IMG/VR virus record: IMGVR_UViG_3300028378_000016
Length of the DNA stretch: 32,207 nt
DNA from: a virus
Reading direction: 5' to 3' (one strand)
Of this stretch, positions 17,932-25,217 are shown piece by piece. The position numbers were made by a program, and so were the translations under genes. Under the pieces are notes generated by a model. The model had not been told where the DNA came from. It was given only the letters and a program-made list of their open reading frames with translations, and made no database searches. Numbering within the stretch: position 1 is the first letter of the stretch; every line of letters begins with the position of its first letter.

Positions 17932-18097
17932 CGCCCTTCTCCTTCTCAATCTGAAATATACTTTTTTCCCGCCCATCGTAGTGCAAGCATTTATATTCTG
18001 AACACCAATCGCCCTGTGATCGCTTGCACCAAGACTCAGGGCATAGGTCGTGCCGCCCGTATGCGTGACAGCCTTTTATCATTTTCTCACCTGCCAT
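17882..18097 (-). CDS. Small Cys/His-rich protein (71 aa)
   Basis: The ATG lies 1 nt after the MBL gene's stop, with GGAG 6 nt upstream. Reads MAGEKMIKGCHAYGRHDLCPESWCKRSQGDWCSEYKCLHYDG. It overlaps the VRR-NUC start by ~50 nt. Confidence 0.35.
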   Translation of the reverse strand: MAGEKMIKGCHAYGRHDLCPESWCKRSQGDWCSEYKCLHYDGREKSIFQIEKEKGDETNETNTPNREPRTD

Positions 18098-18098
18098 A

Positions 18099-18795
18099 TC
18101 AAGCTCCACAAACGTAAACAGGCACTCCCACAACTTCCTGCACCTTTCGCTTAAACAACTTTTCGTCACTATTGCCATCAGACAAATGTATCAAATGCAC
18201 CTCTTCCAGCTTGCCAATATCGTTCTCTTCGAAGAAATCCAGTACACGCTCAAGGCTCATATGAGAATCAAGCAATCTCTGTTTTTGTCCTGTCGGCATA
18301 TCCTGATCATTTAGAATATCGTTTGAAAAATTACACTCTATCATTATTTGAGTTAGTCCCTTAAACTTATATTCACAGTATGCAGTATCGGTTAAAAACA
18401 AAAGCTTTTCGCCCTTACTGTTGGCAATTAAAAAGCCAACAGGCTCAGCCGCATCGTGTACCGTTTTAAATGGCATTATGTCGAAATCGCCCAACTTGAA
18501 CTGGTTACCAGCACGGATGCGTTTACACCTATGCCCGCTTAATTGTAGTGCTAAAAACGTGCCTTTGGTTGCATATATGTCCATTCCTGCTTTTATTGCA
18601 TCCTTTGCACCTTTTGCATGGTCAAAGATGGTCGTGGGTTACGAGACACCCCACGACGGAAGACGTATCAAAATTCAATGCCTGTTTGATCTTACGGAAA
18701 GACAACCCAAACTCAATAAGTATAGATGTCTCTCCGCTTGAAACCAAATAGCAATTACCTTCTGAACTGCTCGCTATTGATTTTATTTTAAACAT
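18099..18795 (-). pseudogene. Metallo-beta-lactamase-fold hydrolase/nuclease gene split by a +1 frame change inside the HxHxDH motif
   Basis: The N-terminal 57 codons (18795-18622) end ...LVTHDHL-TGA. The +1 frame continues DHAKGAKDAIKAGMDIYATKG into the 161-aa ORF at 18099-18584. The start is coupled to the RecT stop (TAATG). Confidence 0.7.
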
Positions 18796-19631
18796 TAGTA
18801 ACCAGGATCCATTTCTTTTTTCAAGTCTGCTTCTGTTGATGCTTCGGTATCGTCAACCTGTTTAACTTCGCCAGTGTCAGTATCAACGTCGATAAAATCC
18901 TTGTTTCCATTATCAGAGTATCCACCATCTCCGACATAATCAGGATCCGCCTCTTGCGCCATACCGTCAGCCATACCGTCAGCCATATCAATAGACATTT
19001 GTCCATATTTACCGAGCAGCATTCTCAGCATGGTTTTTTCAGCCATTCCGTCAAACTCTTTTTTCCAAGGTGATGAATGTTGGTTGTATGACTTACTATA
19101 CTTTTTGCCATGCTCCCGCATATCGTCAATATTGCAATACATGGTTTTTTTGAAGCCGTTTATCGTTTCAATGTATGCAAAGTATCCGATAGGGTTTTCG
19201 CTTGTTTTCGTGCCTGTCAGGTCAATTTCTCCCGTCAGCTTACTTGATGATCTCAGTTCGCCTTCGTAAACAGTCCCGGCATTGATGCACCTATATACTC
19301 CGCTTCTCATTGCTAGTTGCACCAAGCCTTTATATCCAAGGATAAATTGAGGCTTTCCGCCGTATGCGATAATATAGGCAAAACCAAGAGACTTACTTAT
19401 AGGCAATTTCAACGTTGCCGCTTTTAATGCTTCCAGTACCACCAAGGCAGGTTCACACTTTTGGAGATAGCTGTCACCTGCGTAAAGGTCAACCAGTGAT
19501 GCAGTGAACAGATTAGCGTTATCAGCCAAGGCATTCTTGAACTGTTGCTGTATGCTATCGCTCGCCAGAACCTGTTTTAATTTGTCTACTGGTGTTGCTT
19601 GTTTTTTTGCTACTTCATTTCCTTGTGCCAT
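18795..19631 (-). CDS. recT: RecT-family single-strand annealing recombinase
   Basis: 278 aa. The pattern KCEPALVVLEALKAATLKLP...FILGYKGLVQLAMRSG is typical of RecT. The C-terminal tail is acidic. Confidence 0.85.
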   Translation of the reverse strand: MAQGNEVAKKQATPVDKLKQVLASDSIQQQFKNALADNANLFTASLVDLYAGDSYLQKCEPALVVLEALKAATLKLPISKSLGFAYIIAYGGKPQFILGYKGLVQLAMRSGVYRCINAGTVYEGELRSSSKLTGEIDLTGTKTSENPIGYFAYIETINGFKKTMYCNIDDMREHGKKYSKSYNQHSSPWKKEFDGMAEKTMLRMLLGKYGQMSIDMADGMADGMAQEADPDYVGDGGYSDNGNKDFIDVDTDTGEVKQVDDTEASTEADLKKEMDPGY

Positions 19632-19661
19632 TTTTGTCTCCTTTTATTTTATACGATAATA

Positions 19662-19690
19662 TGGTATTATGTTGTTAATTTATAATACCA
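19662..19690 (-). other. Intercistronic hairpin (9-bp perfect stem, 11-nt loop) between the ATPase and recT genes
   Basis: tggtattat ... ataatacca, read directly. Function is unknown; it could be an attenuator, a processing site or an operator. Confidence 0.4.
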
Positions 19691-19711
19691 CGTTATGATT
19701 TAATGTCTAGA

Positions 19712-21634
19712 TTATTCGACACGCAAAGTTTTATCCTGCTCAGAAACAATCAAGCTAATAACCTGCGCCCCAACTTCAGGAATGCTGGTTACGCTTTCCC
19801 TGTTATCAATAAAAATATTCGGTGAAAACTTATAGTGATTGCTCATCGTATTGATAATATCAAGACCTGCTTGAATCCGTGCTGCGTTATTCAGCGACCA
19901 GTAAGGCACACCGTCAACCGTCACTTCGCAAACTTCCCTCACGCCATCGTTAATTTGATCTTTAAACAATCGAAAAGAAACAAATGCAAACTTATTATTT
20001 ATCCGCTCTTCGAGCATCGAAACCTTTACCTTTATAAACTGCTCAATCAAAAACAAATGACCTTCGAGTATTTCGTATTCGTGGGCCAACGCTTTTTCTT
20101 GGGCGTTCAATTCTTCGATGCGCTTTTTGTTTTGCTCTGCCTGCTTTGCCGTTGATATTTGTTCCTCATAACTGGTTGCCTCGGCTCGTAATTCTGACCG
20201 TTTTTCCTTGATGGATTCTATTAGCTCGGTGTTTCCGTTTTCGAGTGATTTAACATCCTTTGTAAGCTCACATTGTTTAGATAAAGCTACTTGATATTCT
20301 TTATTATCAGCAAGCAGAGTAACAGCGTTTTCCAATACTTTTATTTCATTCTCAATGTCACGCTTTCCTTTCTCCTGAAACTTTATATTTTCGCCAAGCT
20401 CAGCAACTTCTTTTTTCTCCGCTGAAATAACGGTTTCATAGTTCTTGTTTTTGAAAGCCTGTTCCTTGCCTGCGGACTTGTTCGCCTCGATAAGATTTGA
20501 CTTATTGAGGTTAAACTTTTTTAAAGCCGCCTCTTCTTCTGTTGCAGTCATCGCCTTGCCGCACGTTGGGCAACTTTCAGCCGTAAATTCTTTCCCTACA
20601 ATCTGCTTGAACTCGCCCCGTAATCGCTCTAACTCGGCTTCGCCTTTTTTCAGGATATTTTCATGCCCGGCAATACTGTTTTTCTTGTTTTGAATTTCTC
20701 GGTTAAACTCTGCAATCCTGTCTTTAATTCCGCTCAATACTTTTTTCTTTTCGTAAATAGCAGAATTGTTTGTATTACCAAGCTCGCTTTTAATCTTTTC
20801 AATTTGATTATCGAGCGAGGCAATTTCGTTTCTCTTTTTACCTATCTCATCGCCGTTTTTAATTGAAAATATTTCTTGGTCTTTGCCCGCTACTTGTTTT
20901 CGTAATTCAGAAATCTTCTCATTTATTTCTGTGACATTTACATGCTCAACTTCATTCCTCGACAGCTCGTCGATACGTGCAGGAATACTTTTAATCTCGT
21001 CGTTTATCTTCTTTCTTGTTGCGCCAATTATCGCTTTTCTATCGTCGCATGTTTTGCCGTCAAGAATTGCAGGAAGACCGGATAAACTATCGTCCGAGTC
21101 AATAACGTCTTGATCCGTAATTCCTCCGCAAACCTCAAGCAGTAACTCCCGTTGTTTCTGCCAGGTTAAATTCTGCGAGAAATGTGTCGGGCTGGTGAGC
21201 AGTCGGAAAACATCCTCAGTACATGATAACGAAACCACCTTACTTGTAAAGTCTCCCTTGCTTGCAGGTACATCGTCAATAAAATAGTTGGTAGTGTGGC
21301 CAGTAAACTCCGCAACAGCCTGACCGCGCTTCTTGGTGTACTTTTCCTTGTAAATCTTTTTAAGTTTAATTGGTGAATCATCCAGTATGAAAACTGCCTC
21401 CACTTCATGTTCAAGTTTCGGAATCGCCACACCATCCTTCAAAGTCTTGATCTCAAATTGCTTCTGGTTAAGGCTGTCTTTATCGAACAGTAGCCAAGAA
21501 ACAGCGTCCATTAAGGTCGTCTTTCCAGTTGCATTATCACCAAAGATTTTTACGTCTTTGTTGTAAGTATCAAGGGTGAAATCCTTAATTCCTTTGAAGT
21601 TTCGCAGTACCAATTTTTGTAGTGTTAGTTTCAT
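19712..21634 (-). CDS. SbcC/Rad50-like SMC-type ATPase with coiled coil and a CxxC hook
   Basis: The start at MKLTLQKLVLRNFKG follows aaagggga. Walker A is GDNATGKTT. A long coiled coil carries CPTCGK. The C-terminus has IFIDNRESV. The track ORF extends to 21718. Confidence 0.8.
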   Translation of the reverse strand: MKLTLQKLVLRNFKGIKDFTLDTYNKDVKIFGDNATGKTTLMDAVSWLLFDKDSLNQKQFEIKTLKDGVAIPKLEHEVEAVFILDDSPIKLKKIYKEKYTKKRGQAVAEFTGHTTNYFIDDVPASKGDFTSKVVSLSCTEDVFRLLTSPTHFSQNLTWQKQRELLLEVCGGITDQDVIDSDDSLSGLPAILDGKTCDDRKAIIGATRKKINDEIKSIPARIDELSRNEVEHVNVTEINEKISELRKQVAGKDQEIFSIKNGDEIGKKRNEIASLDNQIEKIKSELGNTNNSAIYEKKKVLSGIKDRIAEFNREIQNKKNSIAGHENILKKGEAELERLRGEFKQIVGKEFTAESCPTCGKAMTATEEEAALKKFNLNKSNLIEANKSAGKEQAFKNKNYETVISAEKKEVAELGENIKFQEKGKRDIENEIKVLENAVTLLADNKEYQVALSKQCELTKDVKSLENGNTELIESIKEKRSELRAEATSYEEQISTAKQAEQNKKRIEELNAQEKALAHEYEILEGHLFLIEQFIKVKVSMLEERINNKFAFVSFRLFKDQINDGVREVCEVTVDGVPYWSLNNAARIQAGLDIINTMSNHYKFSPNIFIDNRESVTSIPEVGAQVISLIVSEQDKTLRVE

Positions 21635-21716
21635 CTTTTCCCCTTTAAAAGTTTTATCAAATCTGAACCCGTCAGCCAGTATGAAATCAATTGTTTCTTT
21701 TGCTTCTATACCTATC

Positions 21717-21744
21717 AATATACAGTGTTAAAAATATAAAGCAA
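21717..21744 (-). promoter_or_regulatory. Candidate leftward early promoter for the recombination operon
   Basis: On the - strand: TTGCTT, 16 nt, TATATT. Confidence 0.4.
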
Positions 21745-21788
21745 GGATAAAACAACCAACTTTAAATAATTTAATGCATAAAAATATA

Positions 21789-21836
21789 TTGCTATTTTTA
21801 AAACCATATTGTATTGTGTATTTATCGTAGTATAAA
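21789..21836 (+). promoter_or_regulatory. Candidate rightward early promoter(s)
   Basis: Two candidates: TTGCTA-17-TATTGT and TTGTAT-16-TATAAA. They lie in the 140-bp AT-rich divergent intergenic region before the gene at 21860. Confidence 0.4.
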
Positions 21837-21859
21837 ATCTTAAAAATAAGAGGTAAACA

Positions 21860-22081
21860 ATGATCTTTGCAGACGGAAGGGGAAAAGCTTTAACTGCTTA
21901 CCAAATAAATAGACGTATAAAAAACGTAGAAAGGGTTCGTGATTGGTTAAAAATAAACCCAGGAGGTCGGCCTAAAGATTGCGCAATGGATCTTGGGTTG
22001 AGCAATACAACTATATACTCTATTGCTAAACAGTTACGGGCAGAGAGAGCAGAGGATATTAAGGAGCATAGTAATGCATAG
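21860..22081 (+). CDS. Small HTH DNA-binding regulator
   Basis: 73 aa with an aagagg ribosome-binding site. The HTH-like stretch is RPKDCAMDLGLSNTTIYSIAKQL. Confidence 0.6.
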   Translation: MIFADGRGKALTAYQINRRIKNVERVRDWLKINPGGRPKDCAMDLGLSNTTIYSIAKQLRAERAEDIKEHSNA

Positions 22082-22907
22082 AGGATATCTAGCGCTATGG
22101 AGAAAACTTTCTGACCATCCTTTTTGGAAAGAAGAGAGAGAGTTTTCAAAAGCTGAGGCGTGGATAGATATTTTATGGGAAGTGCAACACAGCGAAAAAC
22201 CGCAAGAGGTGTTGCTTGGTATGACATGTCTTATATGCAACTATGGAGAGAGTTTAAAATCTCTTGAAACATGGTCTAAAAGGTGGAATTGGAATAAGTC
22301 GCGTGTTCGTAGGTTTTTCAAGTTATTAGAAAACATGGACCAAATCCGACACACCAGTGAACAAAAAACGACACGGATAACTGTCCTTAAATACAGTCAA
22401 TATGACCCAAGGCGAAACGCAACTGAAACGCAACTGAAACGACAGCGAAACGACAGTGAAACGCAAGCGACACCAGACAAGAATGTTAAGAATGTTAAGA
22501 ATGTTAAGAATGGTAAAAAAACTAAAGACATTGTTTTTAATCCTCATTCAATAAGGCCAGAATGGATAGAAGAAAAAGATTGGTCAGATATAATCCTTCA
22601 CAGAAAAAAGCACATAAAAAAACCACCTGAAACAGAACGAGCCTTTAACGGAATTATTAACCAGCTTGAAAAGGCGACTAAACAAGGTTTCTCATTAAAA
22701 GAATGTGTTGATCAAATGTGTTCAAGAGGCTGGCAGAGTTTTAATGTTGATTGGATGCCAGCAAAAAATGGGATTATGCAGCCAAGAAATAAAAAAGAGG
22801 TTCATGATGAAACAAGAGAACGATTTGCAAGGGAACTCCTCGAAGCAGGGGACACCGGATATAAACCAGATTATCGCCGCAATGAAGAGCTGGAGCATAA
22901 GATTTAA
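22074..22907 (+). CDS. Replication initiator-like protein carrying internal iterons
   Basis: aaggag lies 7 nt before the ATG at 22074. The N-terminus is winged-helix-like (YLALWRKLSDHPFWKE...SKAEAWIDILW). Tandem DNA repeats are embedded in mid-gene, as in lambda O. Confidence 0.55.
   Translation: MHRGYLALWRKLSDHPFWKEEREFSKAEAWIDILWEVQHSEKPQEVLLGMTCLICNYGESLKSLETWSKRWNWNKSRVRRFFKLLENMDQIRHTSEQKTTRITVLKYSQYDPRRNATETQLKRQRNDSETQATPDKNVKNVKNVKNGKKTKDIVFNPHSIRPEWIEEKDWSDIILHRKKHIKKPPETERAFNGIINQLEKATKQGFSLKECVDQMCSRGWQSFNVDWMPAKNGIMQPRNKKEVHDETRERFARELLEAGDTGYKPDYRRNEELEHKI
22414..22468 (+). repeat. Five tandem 11-bp iterons (GAAACGnnnnn), candidate replication origin
   Basis: gaaacgcaact gaaacgcaact gaaacgacagc gaaacgacagt gaaacgcaagc, read directly. 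The period is 11 bp. Confidence 0.6.
22479..22514 (+). repeat. Four tandem 9-bp repeats (aagaatgtt), followed by an A/T-rich stretch
   Basis: aagaatgtt occurs three times, followed by aagaatggt. Together they encode KNVKNVKNVKNG. Confidence 0.6.
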
Positions 22908-23367
22908 AGACAGGGCACCAACGGAAGCGGAAATGGTGATGTTGGCGAAGGAGTACCACGAAGACTTGAGGGAAGAAAAAATATCCAGTGAGTTGTTTTA
23001 TGAAATATGTATGATTCTTCGCAGAAAGAGTGAGTATTTCCCAAAAATAGCAAATGTTCTTTTCTATAAGCAAGAGGCACAAGAAATAATAAATCGCAGG
23101 AATATAGAGAAAGCTAAAAAAACACCAAAGATAGAAGACACGCGACATAAGCAAACTGGAGAATTTGGCGCAATATGTTCCGCTAATATCAATTTAATGA
23201 TAAATGGTAGTATCAGTATGGAAAGAGCTATCCACTTAAACACACCTATATATCTGGATGGCAGAATAGACATGGAGAGGGTTAGTGATAGGAACAAACA
23301 CCTTGATAGCAAGAGCCTACCAAACCCAAGTTCTTTTGTGAAAAGTTTACATAAATCAATCGGATAA
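22804..23367 (+). CDS. Hypothetical replication-module protein
   Basis: The ATG at 22804 follows aagagg; the track ORF is open from 22705. It overlaps the 3' end of the initiator-like gene. Confidence 0.5.
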   Translation: MMKQENDLQGNSSKQGTPDINQIIAAMKSWSIRFKDRAPTEAEMVMLAKEYHEDLREEKISSELFYEICMILRRKSEYFPKIANVLFYKQEAQEIINRRNIEKAKKTPKIEDTRHKQTGEFGAICSANINLMINGSISMERAIHLNTPIYLDGRIDMERVSDRNKHLDSKSLPNPSSFVKSLHKSIG

Positions 23368-23377
23368 AAACATGAGC

Positions 23378-23440
23378 AAATACCAAGGAGTAAATTATGA
23401 CGGCTGAAAACAGCAAACCAACTAAAATTGTAGATGTAAC
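23378..23440 (+). repeat. Repeat R1, copy A (about 63 bp), near-identical to 31602-31664
   Basis: aaataccaaggagtaaattatgac(g/t)gctgaaaacagcaaaccaac...aattgtagatgtaac is shared with a few substitutions. Confidence 0.85.
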
Positions 23441-23492
23441 GGCTGAACTAACCTGCCCCAAGCATTTTACCGACCAACTTGATACGGAGTGA
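23397..23492 (+). pseudogene. 31-codon truncated paralogue of the 116-aa ORF at 31621
   Basis: MTAENSKPTKIVDVTAELT... here versus MTAENSKPTRIVDVTHQLT... at 31621. The ribosome-binding site (aaggag) is the same. The sequences diverge after R1 and this copy stops early. Confidence 0.4.
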
Positions 23493-23571
23493 CGAGCTTG
23501 AATAACTTACCAAAGTCATTTGAAAAACCGCTGTGCTTGGGGTCAGAGTTAAGTGATTTGTTCTGTGATTA

Positions 23572-24015
23572 TTAACGCTTATTGAATTTATTGGCTAATG
23601 CGCTTATGCCTTGTGTAATTTTTGGAACAATATAGCTATGTACTTTAGGAGAAAGATCCTGTTCGTTTATTTTGAGAAAACAACTGATTATAAGTTTTGC
23701 CGTTTTATCTGGTAAGACCCCAATATGTTTTAGCTTCTTGTCGATAGTCTTTTGACTGAACGGGAAACAATCGTCGAGCTGTATCCATGTGTCCTTTTTG
23801 AAGAAAGGGCTGTTTGATCGGACAAAATAAACTTGATGATAGTTTTCAATACAACCTGGATTATCAGGTTTTGAATGTTTTTGGGATGTAGTTTTTACCA
23901 GCAGATATGGATCATTAGAGGCAGGATTGTTTAAGAGAACGAGAAGTTTTTTACCTTTTGTGCCATCGGAAAAAATGAAGTTTTCGGCAACAAAAATCGA
24001 GCCACGAGCAAACAC
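23572..24015 (-). CDS. Candidate toxin, MazF/PemK-like by motif layout, partner of the Panacea-domain gene
   Basis: The GTG at 24015 lies 1 nt after the upstream stop, with GGAG 9 nt upstream. GSIFVAENFIFSDGTKGKKLLVLLN...YLLVKTTSQ...DTWIQLDD...IGVLPDKTAKLI parallels the MazF strand order. The ORF is open to a TTG at 24075. Confidence 0.5.
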   Translation of the reverse strand: MFARGSIFVAENFIFSDGTKGKKLLVLLNNPASNDPYLLVKTTSQKHSKPDNPGCIENYHQVYFVRSNSPFFKKDTWIQLDDCFPFSQKTIDKKLKHIGVLPDKTAKLIISCFLKINEQDLSPKVHSYIVPKITQGISALANKFNKR

Positions 24016-24016
24016 T

Positions 24017-24583
24017 TTATGCGACTCCGAAATTGTGCAACATTTCTTGACGTTCGCGATGACGCTGTTTTGCAATATCGACAGGTAATTTTTTAGCAGA
24101 TTTACTGTCTATAGCTAAAGCATAATCAATTAATGCCAACATTCCTTTGGTTGCCTTGGTTGTGTTCCAAGGTTCATTTGGTAAATGGGAAATGTCAGAT
24201 ATTTCTTTTGCTTGAACATCTCGAAAAATTAATGAAATGTCTTTTAATAATTTTAATTCTCTAGGAGAGAAAAAGTCTAAGTCAGGTTTTTTCCCTTTTT
24301 TGGGGGCGATATGTTGGAAATCACCAGTGTCTTTGACGGTAACTAAAGATTTTAAGTCTTTTTGGGGAGAATCACTGATCTCTTCAAAAAATATTTTGGG
24401 GACAGGGCCTTGTTCCCATGCAAAATAGTTTAAATCTGTGACTGATTTACCAGTATTTTTGAAGTGCATAAAATCCAGAAAATATAATAATTTCATGAGC
24501 TTCGTTTTTCCACAAAATTTTGTTTTTTGTGAAAAATACAGAACTGCATTTATTAGCTTTTCTCTGGAATGTGTAATTATCAT
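24017..24583 (-). CDS. Panacea (DUF4065, SocA/PanA-like) domain antitoxin
   Basis: LINAVLYFSQKTKFCGKTKLMKLLYFLDFMHFKNTGKSVTDLNYFAWEQGPVP is the typical DUF4065 core. The start at M43 (24583) is preferred because the longer ORF runs upstream of the predicted promoter. Confidence 0.75.
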   Translation of the reverse strand: MIITHSREKLINAVLYFSQKTKFCGKTKLMKLLYFLDFMHFKNTGKSVTDLNYFAWEQGPVPKIFFEEISDSPQKDLKSLVTVKDTGDFQHIAPKKGKKPDLDFFSPRELKLLKDISLIFRDVQAKEISDISHLPNEPWNTTKATKGMLALIDYALAIDSKSAKKLPVDIAKQRHRERQEMLHNFGVA

Positions 24584-24638
24584 AGCGAAGATATCAATAC
24601 TCTGGTTACTGTTTTTCGTCAATAACTGTCTTTTCTTT

Positions 24639-24667
24639 ATGATATTGCGTGATAAAGGGAATGTCAA
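24639..24667 (-). promoter_or_regulatory. Promoter of the toxin-antitoxin cassette
   Basis: On the - strand: TTGACA, 17 nt, TATCAT. Confidence 0.5.
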
Positions 24668-24688
24668 ATTTGCATACACAGAACGACC

Positions 24689-24826
24689 TAGCTCACGGGA
24701 TTTTTGCAATTAAACCAAAAAATGAGGATTGAAAACATGAACACAGATAAACCCGAAAATAAGCTCGAAGCCGGACGTGCAAAATTCCGGTGCAGCGTTT
24801 TGTTGGGTGGACGGATAAAAACGGTG
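24689..24826 (+). repeat. Repeat R2, copy A (138 bp), about 95 percent identical to 31989-32128
   Basis: tagctcacgggatttttgcaattaaacc...ggataaaaacggtg is shared. I counted two 1-nt indels and about 4 substitutions by eye. Confidence 0.85.
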
Positions 24827-24921
24827 AAAGATAAAAATGTATATGTTTTTCTATTGACACTCCTTTGATAATGCTGTATATTATAATCATAAACAAAGGG
24901 AATTAACCCAAAAAAAAAAGG
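24817..24921 (+). repeat. Promoter module P, copy 1 (about 105 bp), near-identical to 25997-26102
   Basis: aaaaacggtgaaagataaaaatgtatatgtttttctattgacactcctttgataatgctgtatattataatcataaacaaagggaattaaccc(a)n-ggaga. The only difference is poly-A length. Confidence 0.9.
24854..24882 (+). promoter_or_regulatory. Strong sigma70-type promoter (P copy 1)
   Basis: TTGACA, 17 nt, TATATT. An imperfect AT-rich palindrome (aaaaatgtatatgttttt) lies just upstream. Confidence 0.65.
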
Positions 24922-24929
24922 AGATCAAC

Positions 24930-25217
24930 ATGAAAGCAATAATCGACATCATCAAAGCAGAAAATAAAAACGGACTGCATGACATCATTATAGCTCGCTA
25001 TAATAAGGACATCGAAGTTAATCTCAACACGGGCATCATGGACAACGAGATTCCTGAAATTGGCGAGACATTAACTGATGGAAATAGGGACATGATGGTT
25101 ATTGGTCATGTAGTTATTGACGGATCAGTTGGAGTTAAGTTTGAAAATTTCCCTTCAATTGTAGCGGGTTCTCAAATAGTTAAGATGTTGTCCGATGATA
25201 CAGTGAGGGTTAAATAA
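24930..25217 (+). CDS. Small acidic hypothetical protein (95 aa)
   Basis: A ggaga ribosome-binding site is present. It is the first gene after promoter P. About 15 acidic versus about 10 basic residues. Confidence 0.6.
   Translation: MKAIIDIIKAENKNGLHDIIIARYNKDIEVNLNTGIMDNEIPEIGETLTDGNRDMMVIGHVVIDGSVGVKFENFPSIVAGSQIVKMLSDDTVRVK

Noticed and set aside
19030-21435. Sense-strand (+) ORFs inside the recT and ATPase genes (19030..19269, 19835..20155, 20445..20693, 20663..20866, 20883..21113) and the nested - strand ORF 21166..21435.
   Set aside because: They are antisense or out of frame relative to confidently recognised genes. Their Phe/Leu/Ile/Ser-rich translations are typical of the reverse frames of AT-rich coding DNA.
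21635-21718. N-terminal extensions offered by the ORF track: ATPase from 21718, Panacea gene from 24709, holin-like gene from 15638, initiator-like gene from 22023 and the 22705 start.
   Set aside because: In each case an internal ATG or GTG has a proper Shine-Dalgarno sequence and/or matches where the recognisable domain begins. Several extensions also run across predicted promoters or repeats.
24737-24868. 43-codon ORF inside R2 copy A as a conserved small gene.
   Set aside because: An indel relative to copy B changes the frame after codon 14, and the ORF then reads through the -35 box of promoter P. The conservation between copies is at the nucleotide level, not the protein level.
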